This document shows, piece after piece, positions 1 through 16,071 of a stretch of 58,728 nucleotides of DNA (its first letter is position 1; each line of letters opens with the position of its first letter). Origin of the DNA: Pseudoxanthomonas sp. (GTDB lineage: Bacteria; Pseudomonadota; Gammaproteobacteria; Xanthomonadales; Xanthomonadaceae); assembly GCA_047606785.1 (NCBI GenBank), contig JASGEB010000089.1, positions 1 through 58,728 of the forward strand. The letters run 5' to 3'. The translations under genes and the position numbers were made by a program. The notes under the pieces are model-generated. The model ran no database searches and was not told the DNA's origin. It saw nothing but the letters and a program-made list of their open reading frames with translations.

Positions 1-2468
<2,468 letters not shown>

Positions 2469-2520
2469 GTGCTAAGGCGTCCTTGGGAGACTTTGAGGAT
2501 GGGGCGTCTTGGAAGGGAGG

Positions 2521-5346
2521 TTATTCGACGACGACGTCGTTGAACGGGTTGACCAGCGCGTCGGCGACCAGCTTCTGCTGCTCGGCGATGTGCTCGGCCA
2601 GGTGGCCGGCGGCCGGCGAGGGCGAACGCGGACGGCCGGCATAGTGCAGGGTCTGCTTCGGGCCCAGTACCACCTGCAGGTGGTGCTTGATCTGATACCA
2701 GGCGCCCTGGTTCTGCGGTTCCTCCTGGCACCAGATCACGTCGGTGGCCTTGGGGTACTTCTTCAGCTCGCTCGCCAGCAATTCGCGCGAGAACGGGTAG
2801 AGCTGCTCGATGCGCACGATCGCCGCGTCGTCCTGGCCGCGCTTGCGCGCGTCCTCCAGCAGATCGTAGTAGACCTTGCCCGAGCACAGCACCACGCGCC
2901 TGACCTTCTTCGGGTCGGCGTCGGCGTCGGAGATCAGGTGCTGGAACTGGCCGTTGGCCAGTTCGTCCAGGCTCGACACCGCCAGCTTGTGGCGCAGCAG
3001 CGACTTGGGCGTCATCACCACCAGCGGCTTGCGGGTGGTCATCTTCATCTGCCGGCGGATCATGTGGAACGCCTGCGCCGGAGTGGTGGGCACGCATACC
3101 AGCATGTTCTCCAGCGCGCACAGCTGCAGATAGCGCTCCAGCCGCGCCGAGCTGTGCTCGGGGCCCTGGCCCTCGTAGCCGTGCGGCAGGAACAGGCTCA
3201 GGCCGGAGATGCGGTTCCACTTGGCCTCGCCGGCGGCGATGAACTGGTCGATCACCACCTGCGCGCCGTTGGCGAAGTCGCCGAACTGCGCTTCCCAGAT
3301 GTCCAGGGTGTTGGGATCGGTGGTCGAGTAGCCGTACTCGAAGCCCATCACCGCCTCCTCGCTGAGCAGCGAGTCGATCACGGTGGCGTCCTGCGGATCG
3401 TCGACCAGCTGGCGCAGCGGCAGGTAGTAGCTGTCGGTCTTCTGGTCGTGGAGGATGGCGTGGCGGTGGAAGAAGGTGCCGCGGCCGGCGTCCTGGCCGA
3501 CCAGGCGCAGGCGGTGGCCCTCGGTCAGCAGGGTGGCGTAGGCCAGGTTCTCGGCGAAGCCCCAGTCGCCGGCCAGCTCGCCCTCGGTCATCTTGGCGCG
3601 GTCTTCGTAGATCTTGGCCACGCGCGGGTGCAGCTGCACGCCTTCGGGGATGGTGTTGATGATCTTGGCCAGCCGCTTGAGCTGGGCCGGCTTGACCCGG
3701 GTATCGACCGGGTCGGTCAGCTTGCCGTGCAGGTAGGGCGACCAGTCGATGGCGAACTCGTCCTCGCGGCGCGGCGCCAGTTCGGTGGTGTATTCGCCCG
3801 AATCCAGCTTGGCGCGGTAGCCGTCGACCAGGGCCTGGCCGGCGCCGGCGGCGATCACGCCCTCCTGTTCCAGCCTGGCGGCGTACAGCTCACGGGTGGT
3901 CTTGTGCTTGCGGATGACCTGGTACATCAGCGGCTGGGTCGCGGCCGGTTCGTCGGCCTCGTTGTGGCCCCAGCGGCGGTAGCAGACCAGGTCGATGACC
4001 ACGTCCTTGTGGAACTGCTGGCGGAATTCGTAAGCCAGGTGGGCGCAGAACACCACCGCCTCGGGGTCGTCGCCGTTCACGTGCAGGACCGGCGCACCGA
4101 CCATCTTGGCCACGTCGGTGCAGTACAGGGTGGAACGGGCGTCGTCGCGGGCACTGGTGGTGAAGCCGATCTGGTTGTTGACCACCACGTGCACGGTGCC
4201 GCCGACGGCGAAGCCGCGCGCCTGCGACATCTGCAGCAGTTCCATCACCACGCCCTGGCCGGCGAAGGCGGCGTCGCCGTGGACCAGGACCGGCAGTACG
4301 CGCTCGCGCGCAGCGTCGCCGTAGCGTTCCTGGCGCGAACGCACCGAGCCGGCGACCACCGGGTCGACGATCTCCAGGTGCGAGGGGTTGAAGGCAAGGG
4401 CCAGGTGGATCGGGCCGGCCGGGGTGGCCACGTCGGCCGAAAAACCCATGTGGTACTTGACGTCGCCGGTGTGGGCGCGGTCGTCGTGGGCGTGCTCGAA
4501 CTTGCCCTCGAACTCGTCGAACAGCTTGCGCGGGTTCTTGCCCAGAATGTTGACCAGCACGTTGAGACGGCCGCGGTGGGCCATGCCGACCACGATGTCG
4601 CGCACGCTGTCGGCGCCGGAGCGGCGCACCAGCACGTCCATCAGCGGGATCAGCGAGTCGCCGCCCTCCAGCGAGAAGCGCTTCTGGCCGACGTACTTAG
4701 TGTGCAGGTAGCGTTCCAGGCCCTCGGCCGCGGTCAGCCGCTCCAGGGTGCGCTCGCGCGCCTCCTGGTCCAGGCCGTAGTTGCCGCCGGCCGCCTCCAG
4801 GCGCTCGTACAGCCAGCGGCGCTGGTCGAATTCGCTGATGTGCATGAACTCGGCGCCGATCGAGCCGGTGTAGGTGGCCTGCAGGCGGTCGAACAGCTCG
4901 CGCAGCTTCATGCGCGGCCGCCCGGCCACGCCGCCGGTGCTGAACTCGTCGTCCAGGTCGCGCTCGGACAGTTCGTGGAAGGCCAGGCTCAGGTCGACCG
5001 GCGGCACCGGGTCGTCCAGGTGCAGAGGGTCGAGCCTGGCGGCCAGGTGGCCGCGCGAGCGGTAGGCGGTGATCAGGCGGCCGATGTGGCGCTCGCGCTC
5101 GTCGGCCGGCGCAGCGCCGTTGCCGGCGTTGGCCGCGGCCCGGGCCGCCTCGGTGATGTGGGCGATGACCGCCGAGTGCGGCACGTCGCCGGCCTCGCGG
5201 CCCTTGAGGCCGTCGAAGTAGGCCTTCCACTTGGGATCGATGCTGTCGGGGGCGACCAGGTACTGCTCGTAGAGGTCTTCGACGTAGGCGGCGCTGCCGC
5301 CGTTGAGCTGGGAGCTCTGCGCGAACTGCTTGAGGAGGGTGTCCAC
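2521..5346 (-). CDS. sucA: 2-oxoglutarate dehydrogenase E1
   Basis: GMAHRGRLN, HGDAAFAGQG, HGYEGQGPEHSSAR; start placed at GTG (VDTLLKQFAQSSQL). Confidence 0.97.
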   Translation of the reverse strand: MDTLLKQFAQSSQLNGGSAAYVEDLYEQYLVAPDSIDPKWKAYFDGLKGREAGDVPHSAVIAHITEAARAAANAGNGAAPADERERHIGRLITAYRSRGHLAARLDPLHLDDPVPPVDLSLAFHELSERDLDDEFSTGGVAGRPRMKLRELFDRLQATYTGSIGAEFMHISEFDQRRWLYERLEAAGGNYGLDQEARERTLERLTAAEGLERYLHTKYVGQKRFSLEGGDSLIPLMDVLVRRSGADSVRDIVVGMAHRGRLNVLVNILGKNPRKLFDEFEGKFEHAHDDRAHTGDVKYHMGFSADVATPAGPIHLALAFNPSHLEIVDPVVAGSVRSRQERYGDAARERVLPVLVHGDAAFAGQGVVMELLQMSQARGFAVGGTVHVVVNNQIGFTTSARDDARSTLYCTDVAKMVGAPVLHVNGDDPEAVVFCAHLAYEFRQQFHKDVVIDLVCYRRWGHNEADEPAATQPLMYQVIRKHKTTRELYAARLEQEGVIAAGAGQALVDGYRAKLDSGEYTTELAPRREDEFAIDWSPYLHGKLTDPVDTRVKPAQLKRLAKIINTIPEGVQLHPRVAKIYEDRAKMTEGELAGDWGFAENLAYATLLTEGHRLRLVGQDAGRGTFFHRHAILHDQKTDSYYLPLRQLVDDPQDATVIDSLLSEEAVMGFEYGYSTTDPNTLDIWEAQFGDFANGAQVVIDQFIAAGEAKWNRISGLSLFLPHGYEGQGPEHSSARLERYLQLCALENMLVCVPTTPAQAFHMIRRQMKMTTRKPLVVMTPKSLLRHKLAVSSLDELANGQFQHLISDADADPKKVRRVVLCSGKVYYDLLEDARKRGQDDAAIVRIEQLYPFSRELLASELKKYPKATDVIWCQEEPQNQGAWYQIKHHLQVVLGPKQTLHYAGRPRSPSPAAGHLAEHIAEQQKLVADALVNPFNDVVVE

Positions 5347-5548
5347 GGTGTGGGGCGTACGGCGATTTGGGGAGGATGGGCCAGACGCGGATGCGGTGGA
5401 CACGGCAGCACCGAAGCCGCCGCAGGCGCGAAACCCGCGAATTATAGCCCCAGCCTCGACCGCTAGGCGGTAGGCATTGGTCGTAAGTTCATGCGTGGCG
5501 TGTTGCGGAGGGTGAGGGGCGTTGCAGTGTGCGACCGTCGGGCCTGCG

Positions 5549-6451
5549 CTACAGCTCCAGCGCGCGCAGTTCGGTGCACGGCCGCGCCCGTTCCCAGAAG
5601 CGGCCGAACTGCTCGCGCAGCTGGCGCGCGCGGCCGGGGCCGCGGCGGTCGAACTCGCCGTCGAAGCGGTGCCCCAGCGGCCGGAACAGATAGCTGCCGG
5701 CCTCGTTGCAGGCGAAGGCGGAGGGATAGCCGCGGTCAACCGGATCGGCCACCGCGCGCAGCTGGAAGCTGCTGGGCAGGCGCTGTGCCAGCGCCAGCAG
5801 CACCGAACCCTCGCGCAGTGGCGCGTCGGGGTCCTGCAGCAGGATCCGGATCTCGGCCCCGCGCCGGCGCACGGCCAGGGCGCGCAGGGCCTCGGCCACC
5901 GCCGCGGCGTCGAGCAGACCGGGATCGAGGTCGCGGCTGTACAGGCACAGCAGGCTGCGGGTGGAGGCGGCCAGGGCCAGCAGCGCGGCGGCGGCCTCGG
6001 CCTGGGTCTCCACCGCCATCGGTCCATGCAGGCGCAGGCGCATGGCCTGGTGCTCGATGCCGGCCTCCATGAAGCGCTCGCCGACCGGCAGGAAGCCGTG
6101 GCGGGCATAGAAGCCCTCGGCGCTGACCTGGGCGTTGAGGCGGACCTGTTCCCAGCAGTCCTGCTCGGCCTGGCGCAGGGCCAGGCCGAGCAGGGCGTCG
6201 CCGACCCCGCGGCTGCGCCAGGGCGCCAGCACGGCCATGCGGCCGATCCGATGGTCGGGGGTCAGGCGGGCGGTGCCGATCGGCGCGCCGGCGGCGTCGC
6301 GGGCCAGCAGGTGCAGGCTGAGCGGGTCCAGCGCGTCCCATTCCTCCTCGACCGGCACCCGCTGCTCGCGCACGAACACCGCCTCGCGCACCTGGCGCAA
6401 GGCGGGTAGGGCCTGGGCGTAGTCGACCTGGGCGACGGTGAACTCAGCCAT
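5549..6451 (-). CDS. GNAT N-acetyltransferase (ElaA/YjcF-like) with C-terminal extra domain
   Basis: VREAVFVREQ, IGRMAVL..WRSRGVG, LNAQ, FMEAGIEH. Confidence 0.85.
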   Translation of the reverse strand: MAEFTVAQVDYAQALPALRQVREAVFVREQRVPVEEEWDALDPLSLHLLARDAAGAPIGTARLTPDHRIGRMAVLAPWRSRGVGDALLGLALRQAEQDCWEQVRLNAQVSAEGFYARHGFLPVGERFMEAGIEHQAMRLRLHGPMAVETQAEAAAALLALAASTRSLLCLYSRDLDPGLLDAAAVAEALRALAVRRRGAEIRILLQDPDAPLREGSVLLALAQRLPSSFQLRAVADPVDRGYPSAFACNEAGSYLFRPLGHRFDGEFDRRGPGRARQLREQFGRFWERARPCTELRALEL

Positions 6452-7679
6452 CCGCGTCCTCCGCCTGGCGCAGGTGATGGCCGCCGGCGACCAGCTCCCG
6501 CAGCACCTCGCGCCCGCGCGCGGACAGCGCCCGCCAGTCGCGCGCGTCCAGTAGCTCGGCGCCGGCCAGGCGGGTCGCGTCGCGGCGGGGCAGGTGCCAG
6601 GACTGGCCGTCGGCGAACAGCAGGGCGCCGCGACGGGCCGGGCGCCAGGCGGTACGGCTCATCGGGTGGCGTTCGAGCGTGCCGCCGCCCAGCAGGAAGG
6701 CGGCCAGCTGCTCGGCCGAAGGCGGCTGCGCCGGCGGCACCAGCTCGCCACCGGCGCGATAGGTGGTGATGAAGCGGCCGAACCAGTCGCCCAGCCGGTC
6801 CGGGTCGTGCATGCGCAGGGCATTGAGCGCGGCGACCACCCGCGCCATGGCGGCATCGTCGATCAGGTAGGGGTCGCCGGGGACCTGCAGGTCCTCGTCG
6901 TGGTAGCGCACCGCCTCGTCGGCGTCGGCGGTCAGGGTGTCCAGCCAGTCGCCGATCAGCTCGGCCGAGGACGGCGCGCGCAGGCCGACCGAGAAGGTCA
7001 GGCAGGGGTCCTCGGCCACCCCGTGGTGCGGCACCAGCGGCGGCAGGTAGAGCATGTCGCCCGGGCCCAGCACCCAGTCGTGGGTGGGCGCGAACCGGCG
7101 CAGCAGCTTGATGTCCACGTCCTCGCGGAAGGCCAGGTCCGGCGCCTTGCGGCCCAGCGCCGCGCCGGCGTCGATCTGCCAGCGGCGGTGGCCCCGGGCC
7201 TGCAGCAGGAACACGTCGTAGTGGTCCACGTGCGCGCCGACCGAGCCGCCGGGGGCGGCGAAGGAGATCATGATGTCGTCGATGCGCCAGCGCGGCAGGA
7301 AGCGGAAATGCTCCAGCAGCGCGCGCACGTCCGGGTCCCACTTGTCCACGTCCTGCACCAGCAGGGTCCAGTCGTGGTCGGGCAGGCCGGGGAAGTCCTC
7401 CTCGGCGAACGGGCCGCTGCGGACCTTCCACCGGCCCGTCCCGCGGTCATGTTCCACCAGCCGCGCCAGCACCCCTTCCTCGCAGGCCAGCCCGGCCAGG
7501 TCCTCCGGCGTGACCGGGCTGCGGAAGCCGGGGAAGGCGTCGCGGATCAGCAGCGGGCGCTTGTGGAAATAGTCGCGCAGGAAGCGCGCGGGCGGCATGC
7601 CCAGCGGGAACTCGGCGCTGGCCGTGATCTCGAAGGGCAGGGGCGGGCGCCGGGGCGGCTTGGCAGCGTGGGTCGTCAT
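6444..7679 (-). CDS. roxA: JmjC/cupin ribosomal protein uL16 hydroxylase (YcfD/RoxA family)
   Basis: [42 protein letters not shown]. Confidence 0.85.
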   Translation of the reverse strand: MTTHAAKPPRRPPLPFEITASAEFPLGMPPARFLRDYFHKRPLLIRDAFPGFRSPVTPEDLAGLACEEGVLARLVEHDRGTGRWKVRSGPFAEEDFPGLPDHDWTLLVQDVDKWDPDVRALLEHFRFLPRWRIDDIMISFAAPGGSVGAHVDHYDVFLLQARGHRRWQIDAGAALGRKAPDLAFREDVDIKLLRRFAPTHDWVLGPGDMLYLPPLVPHHGVAEDPCLTFSVGLRAPSSAELIGDWLDTLTADADEAVRYHDEDLQVPGDPYLIDDAAMARVVAALNALRMHDPDRLGDWFGRFITTYRAGGELVPPAQPPSAEQLAAFLLGGGTLERHPMSRTAWRPARRGALLFADGQSWHLPRRDATRLAGAELLDARDWRALSARGREVLRELVAGGHHLRQAEDADG

Positions 7680-7764
7680 CGGAAGGTGCGTCGGGACGGT
7701 GCGGAGCAGAAGGGAAAACGGGCGGGCATCTGGTCGAAGCCGGTCCGGTCATTGCCGGTGCCGA

Positions 7765-8145
7765 TCAAGGCGGCAGTGGTTGGACGAAACGCAGGTCGAA
7801 GCCGTTCGGATCGCGCACGGCGAATTCGCGCAGGCCGTAGGCACGATCGCCCAGACCATGGACCACGCGGATGCCCGCGGCCACGAAAGCGGCATGCAGG
7901 GCATCCACGTCGTCGACGAGCAGGCGCAGGCTGGACCAGCGCGCCGAAGTCGGGGCATCGGTATTCTCGGCCAGGAACAGGCGCTGCCCGCGCCATTGCA
8001 CCACGGCGAATCCGCCCGTGCGTCGCACCAGCGTAAACCCCAGGCGCTGATAGAAGGCCAGCGAACGCTCCAGGTCGGGGCCGACCACCTCGACCACCCC
8101 CTGGGCGAAGTCGGTCAGCCCCTGGGCCGGCGCGTCGCCCGGCAC
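7765..8145 (-). CDS. VOC/glyoxalase-bleomycin resistance family protein
   Basis: DLERSLAFYQRLGF, VDDVDALH, YGLREFAVRDPNG. Confidence 0.8.
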   Translation of the reverse strand: MPGDAPAQGLTDFAQGVVEVVGPDLERSLAFYQRLGFTLVRRTGGFAVVQWRGQRLFLAENTDAPTSARWSSLRLLVDDVDALHAAFVAAGIRVVHGLGDRAYGLREFAVRDPNGFDLRFVQPLPP

Positions 8146-8300
8146 GGCTCAGCGCGCCCGTGCCGGCCCCGCGGCCGCGCATGCGGACCGGAGGCGGGCG
8201 GAGGGTGAGGGGATGCCGATCGACAGGGGGGAGTACCCCACCTGCAGGTCGCGATCGGCGAGCCGGCCTCTGCGGAAATGCTCGCGGGCGTCGATTGCGC

Positions 8301-9179
8301 TCATGGTGCGGCCCCGCTCTTTTCTTCCTGCAGGCGTTGCTCGAAATCCGCGCGTGCCCGGTCGGCGTAGCGTCTGCAGGCGCCGGCGTCGATCAACGGC
8401 GCTTTGCCGGCCATGCGTGCGGGCTGGTCGCTGACCAGCGGATGCGGGGTGAGCAGGATGTCGCAGGGCAGCGAGGCGACGCTATCGAAGCTGCGGCGGA
8501 AGGCCGCAACGTAGTCGGGGTGGTCGAGGTAGCGGTAGTGCCCGTCGGAAAGCGCGCTGAGGCTGTCGGCGTAGGCGATGCTCAGGCAGTGCGCGCCTTC
8601 GCAGGAGCGCCAGGTCCAGCTGGTGCTGCCGGGCGCGTGCCCCGGCGTGGCGTGCGCGGTGAGCCGCAGGTCGCCGAGCTGCACGACCTGCCCCTCGGCG
8701 AGGACGCGCACGTCCGCCACCGGCGGGTATCGGTCCAGTTGCTCGAACTGCGGGTCGCTGCGGTCGCTGGCGCCGCGCCGAAGCGTGGTGGCCGCGAGCG
8801 CGCGCGCCAGCACCGGTGCTCCGGTGTCGCGCTGCAGCTGCGCCAGGCCGCCGGCGTGGTCGCTGTGCTCGTGCGTGTTGAGGATGAACTTGACCAGGCG
8901 CGGATCGAAGCCGAGCGCGCGGATGTTGGCCTCGATCAGGGGCGGCGCCTGCTCGGTCGCACCGTCGATCAGCACCGCGCCCTGGCTGCCGACGATCAGG
9001 ATCGAGCCGATCCCGCAGGTGCCGACGTAATAGGTGTTGCCGAAGATCTTCCGTGGCGGCGCCCGCGTGCTCCAGCCGTCGCGCACGCCGGCGTCGGCGG
9101 GGCAGGCCGGCACCGCATCGGCCGCTTGCGCGCCGAAGGAGGCGGTCAACAAGGCGATGAGGAAGAAAAGAAAGCGCAT
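8301..9179 (-). CDS. subclass B3 metallo-beta-lactamase, AIM-1-like
   Basis: Signal peptide, GNTYYVGTCG, THEHSDHAGG (HxHxDH), PGHAPG, TSWTWRSCEG, YADSL, CDILLTPHP. Confidence 0.93.
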   Translation of the reverse strand: MRFLFFLIALLTASFGAQAADAVPACPADAGVRDGWSTRAPPRKIFGNTYYVGTCGIGSILIVGSQGAVLIDGATEQAPPLIEANIRALGFDPRLVKFILNTHEHSDHAGGLAQLQRDTGAPVLARALAATTLRRGASDRSDPQFEQLDRYPPVADVRVLAEGQVVQLGDLRLTAHATPGHAPGSTSWTWRSCEGAHCLSIAYADSLSALSDGHYRYLDHPDYVAAFRRSFDSVASLPCDILLTPHPLVSDQPARMAGKAPLIDAGACRRYADRARADFEQRLQEEKSGAAP

Positions 9180-9198
9180 GCGTCGTTCCGTTTGTGCC

Positions 9199-9226
9199 CG
9201 TCGTTGCCGCGAAAGCGGGAATCCAG
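9199..9226 (+). repeat. degenerate CGTC-type REP element
   Basis: cgtcgttgccgcgaaagcgggaatccag resembles the widespread CGTCATTCCCGCGAAAGCGGGAATCCAG repeat. Confidence 0.6.
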
Positions 9227-9251
9227 TGTCTTTGCTTGCCGGTACGACGAC

Positions 9252-12807
<3,556 letters not shown>

Positions 12808-12849
12808 GCGCCCATTGTAGGCGCCGGCCCTTGCCGGCGCCGCCACGGG

Positions 12850-13539
12850 TCAGAAGTTCCAGTCCTGCTTGTCCGTGCAGTCCTTGACGTCGGACTCGGT
12901 CATGCTGGCGTAGGGCCTGAACTCGGGCAGCGTCGCGGCCAGGGCCTGCTGGGCCTTGAGCAGGTCCGGCAGCTGGCCGCACAGCTTCTCCACCTGCGGC
13001 TTGATGCGCTCCTTGGCGCTTTGCGCAGCCTGCTTGCCGGCCGCGTCGGCCGAGCCGCCGCCGGCCAGGCTGGCGAGCACGCTGGCGGCGGCGTCGATGC
13101 CGACCTTGGCGCCCTCCATGCCGATGGCGATGCCGGCGCTGGCGATGCCGATCAACTGCGCGCGATAGGCCAGCACCAATTGCTTCTGCTCGGGCGTGGT
13201 CGCCACCGCCTTGCCGTCGATCAGCAGGTCGCCGGCGGGGGTGATCTCGGCCTTGGCCAGGCCGGCCTGGCCGTGGCCGGTGACGATGTTGTGGCCCTGG
13301 ATGATCAGGACGTGGCCCCGATTGAGCGAGAGGTTCTCGCTGGCCAGCTTCTGTTTGGCCTGGTCGATCTCCTTCTGCGCGTCGTCCATTTCCTTGCTGG
13401 CCTGTTGCAGGCCCTTGCTGGCCTGGTCCAGCGCCTTGCCGATCACGCCGGTGGGCTGGCCGTTGGCGTCCTTGCCGGCCGGTTGGCAGGCCGCCAGGCT
13501 GCAGGCCAGGATCAGCGGCAGTGCGTTCTTGACGTTCAT
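12850..13539 (-). CDS. DUF2884/YggN-like lipoprotein
   Basis: LAAC lipobox; KAEITPAGDLLIDGK, C-terminal LPEFRPYA. Confidence 0.75.
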   Translation of the reverse strand: MNVKNALPLILACSLAACQPAGKDANGQPTGVIGKALDQASKGLQQASKEMDDAQKEIDQAKQKLASENLSLNRGHVLIIQGHNIVTGHGQAGLAKAEITPAGDLLIDGKAVATTPEQKQLVLAYRAQLIGIASAGIAIGMEGAKVGIDAAASVLASLAGGGSADAAGKQAAQSAKERIKPQVEKLCGQLPDLLKAQQALAATLPEFRPYASMTESDVKDCTDKQDWNF

Positions 13540-13559
13540 GGTCCGTGCTCCGAAAGGGA

Positions 13560-14564
13560 TCAGGCTTCGGCCGCGCGGCGGCGCAGCCAGATCGAGGCGG
13601 CGATGAAGGCGATGCCGGCTGCCGCGCCGATCCAGATGTCGGCGTTGGCGTAGACCTGGGCGCCGTTCTGGTGCTGGATCGCCCACTGCAGCAGGTCGTG
13701 GGGGTCGTGCAGGTCGCCGGTGTCGAGGCGGGCGTGGTTGAGGCCGCGCGGCAGCCAGGTGCCGGGGAACACGCTCAGCAGGCCGCGGTAGCCGACCACG
13801 TACCAGATCCAGCCCAGCGGCAGGTGCACGCCCGGCATGCCGCCCAGGATGGAGACCATCACGCAGCCCAGCAGCGGCACCAGCACCGCCCACAGGAACG
13901 GCTTGCTGCGCGCCCAGGCCGAGCAGAACATCAGCCAGCCCACCGTCGGCAACGACCACAGCAGGCCGATCGGCAGGTTCGACAGGACCACGCCGAGGGC
14001 GCGAAACGGGTGCGAATGGGTCGCCATCGCCCACGAGTCAGGCACGCCGGCGGCGGCCGCGCCGAGGATGGCCACCAGCCACAGCGCGACACCGACCGCG
14101 AGGCCGATCGCGATCGCCAGCAGCGGCGCCAGCAGCAGCGCCCAGGCGGCCTTGGACAGCACGGTCTGGGTGTCGGAGACCGGCAGCGACTTCCAGAACA
14201 GGATGCTGCGGTCGCGGCGGTCGTCGTACAGGCTGCCCAGGGCGTAGAAGAACACCACGAAGGCCAGCACCACCGAGGCCAGGCCGATGCCGTTGAGCAG
14301 CAGGAAGTCGCCGACCGAACCCAGGGTATGGGCGTAATCGTCGAGGTCGTCGATCCGGTTGATCGCGCCGGTCGCCTGCGCCTTGCGCGCGGCGATCACC
14401 CCGATCAGCGCGCCCAGCGCGGCGAACAGCACCGCGATGGCGCCGGTGATCAACTGCGCCCACAGAAAGCCGCCGCGGTTCTCCCAGAACTCGCGCCTGA
14501 GCAGCCAGGCGAAGGTACGGGTCGGATGCGGCTGGGTCGGGTGCGGAACGGTCATGGCGTTCAT
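13560..14564 (-). CDS. ABC-2 type transporter permease
   Basis: LLRREFWENR, LYDDRRDRSILFWKSLPVS, multiple TM segments; coupled to ATPase. Confidence 0.9.
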   Translation of the reverse strand: MNAMTVPHPTQPHPTRTFAWLLRREFWENRGGFLWAQLITGAIAVLFAALGALIGVIAARKAQATGAINRIDDLDDYAHTLGSVGDFLLLNGIGLASVVLAFVVFFYALGSLYDDRRDRSILFWKSLPVSDTQTVLSKAAWALLLAPLLAIAIGLAVGVALWLVAILGAAAAGVPDSWAMATHSHPFRALGVVLSNLPIGLLWSLPTVGWLMFCSAWARSKPFLWAVLVPLLGCVMVSILGGMPGVHLPLGWIWYVVGYRGLLSVFPGTWLPRGLNHARLDTGDLHDPHDLLQWAIQHQNGAQVYANADIWIGAAAGIAFIAASIWLRRRAAEA

Positions 14565-15433
14565 GCGTAGGTTCCCTTCATGGTGGCCACGAACAGGTCG
14601 GCCAGGCCGGGGTTGCGGGTCTCGCCCAGCGCGGCCAGCTCGGCGCGCGCCAGGCCGTCGAACAGCAGCACGGTCTTGCCGAACGGCAGGGCGCGCTCGT
14701 CGATCGGCTTGAGCGCGCGCGCGCGTTCGAGCGCGTCGGCGTTGACCAGCACCTCGGTGTAGCGCTCGCCGACCTCGTCCATGCCCGCGCGCAGCACGAT
14801 CCGGCCGTCGCGGATGAACATCACGTCGGTGAGGATGTGCTCGATCTCCTCGACCTGGTGGGTGGTGACGATGATGGTCTTGTGCTCGTCGAAGTAGTCC
14901 TCCAGCAGGCGCTGGTAGAACTGCTTGCGGTAGAGGATGTCCAGGCCCAGGGTCGGCTCGTCCAGCACCAGCAGGCGCGCGTCGATGGCCATCACCAGCG
15001 CCAGGTGCAGCTGCACGACCATGCCCTTGGACAGCTCGCGCACCCGCGATTTCGGGTTGAGCTGGGTATTGGCGAGGAAGCGCTCGCAGCGGGTGCGGTC
15101 GAAGCGCGGGTGCACGCCGGCGACGAAGTCGATCGCCTCGCCGACCTTCATCCAGCGCGGCAGCACCGCCACGTCGGCGATGAAGCACACGTCCCTCATC
15201 AGTTCGTCGCGCTGGCGGCGCGGGTCGCGGCCGAGCACCTTCAGCTCGCCCTCGAACGGGGTCAGGCCGAGGATGGCCTTGAGCGCGGTGGTCTTGCCGG
15301 CGCCGTTGGGGCCGATCAGGCCGACGATGCGCCCGGCCGGGATGTCGAAGTCGGCCCCGTCCAGGGCGATCTTGTTGCGGTAGACCTTGCGCAGCGCGCG
15401 CGCCTGCACCACTTCGGCGGTCACGGCGTTCAT
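14561..15433 (-). CDS. ABC transporter ATP-binding protein
   Basis: GPNGAGKTT, LSKGM, LLVLDEPT. Confidence 0.95.
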   Translation of the reverse strand: MNAVTAEVVQARALRKVYRNKIALDGADFDIPAGRIVGLIGPNGAGKTTALKAILGLTPFEGELKVLGRDPRRQRDELMRDVCFIADVAVLPRWMKVGEAIDFVAGVHPRFDRTRCERFLANTQLNPKSRVRELSKGMVVQLHLALVMAIDARLLVLDEPTLGLDILYRKQFYQRLLEDYFDEHKTIIVTTHQVEEIEHILTDVMFIRDGRIVLRAGMDEVGERYTEVLVNADALERARALKPIDERALPFGKTVLLFDGLARAELAALGETRNPGLADLFVATMKGTYA

Positions 15434-15792
15434 TCGGCGGCTCCCTTGAGCAGTTCTTCGGTGGATAGGCCCAGGCGGGCGATGCGCTCGGCCACGGCCG
15501 GCCATTCGTCGCGCAGGAAGCGCTGGCGCTCGCTGCTCAGCAGCTTGCTGGCCGCCTCCTCGGTGACGAACATGCCCAGGCCGCGGCGCTTTTCCACCAC
15601 GCCTTCATCGGCCAGTTCCTGGTAGGCGCGCGAGACGGTGATGGGATTGAGCTGGTAGTCGGCGGCGACCTGGCGCACCGAGGGCAGGGCATCGCCGGGC
15701 CTGAGCTGGCCGTCGAGCATCATCGCGATCACCTTGTCCTTGAGTTGGCGGTAGATCGGCGCACCGTCGTTCCACTGGATGGCGGGGCTCAT
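15430..15792 (-). CDS. GntR family (YtrA-type) regulator
   Basis: PIYRQL...LPSVRQVA...NPITVSRAYQEL...RRGLGMFV; short C-terminus. Confidence 0.93.
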   Translation of the reverse strand: MSPAIQWNDGAPIYRQLKDKVIAMMLDGQLRPGDALPSVRQVAADYQLNPITVSRAYQELADEGVVEKRRGLGMFVTEEAASKLLSSERQRFLRDEWPAVAERIARLGLSTEELLKGAAE

Positions 15793-15796
15793 GCGG

Positions 15797-16048
15797 TCAG
15801 TCCTCCTGGCGCAGCAGACGGGCGAAGGAGAAGTACGGCATGGCCAGGCTGGCGCCGTGGTGGCGGAGCGAGGCCAGTCGGCCGGCACCGGGCAGGCCGG
15901 CTTCCAGCACCGGCTCCAGGCGGGTGGCCAGGGCATGGCCGTCGGACCGGCGCCGCTCGCCGTGCCCGTGCAGGCTCACCGCGAGGGTGGCCAGCAGGAC
16001 CACGGCGGCGAAGGCGAAGGCCAGCAGTTCGTGTAGGGCGGTCTTCAT
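15797..16048 (-). CDS. small membrane hypothetical protein, first gene of GntR operon
   Basis: GGGGGAG RBS, N-terminal TM, C-terminal LAMPYFSFAR. Confidence 0.6.
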   Translation of the reverse strand: MKTALHELLAFAFAAVVLLATLAVSLHGHGERRRSDGHALATRLEPVLEAGLPGAGRLASLRHHGASLAMPYFSFARLLRQED

Positions 16049-16071
16049 TGCGCTCCCCCGTACTGGGTGAG

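Noticed and set aside
2509-5466. Long antisense ORFs (also 16110-18854, 40341-42428, 49735-52089)
   Set aside because: Typical stop-poor shadows of high-GC genes, with no protein motifs
5347-6108. N-terminal extension of the 1195-aa sucA ORF
   Set aside because: Overlaps the GNAT gene in another frame; SucA similarity starts at GTG 5346
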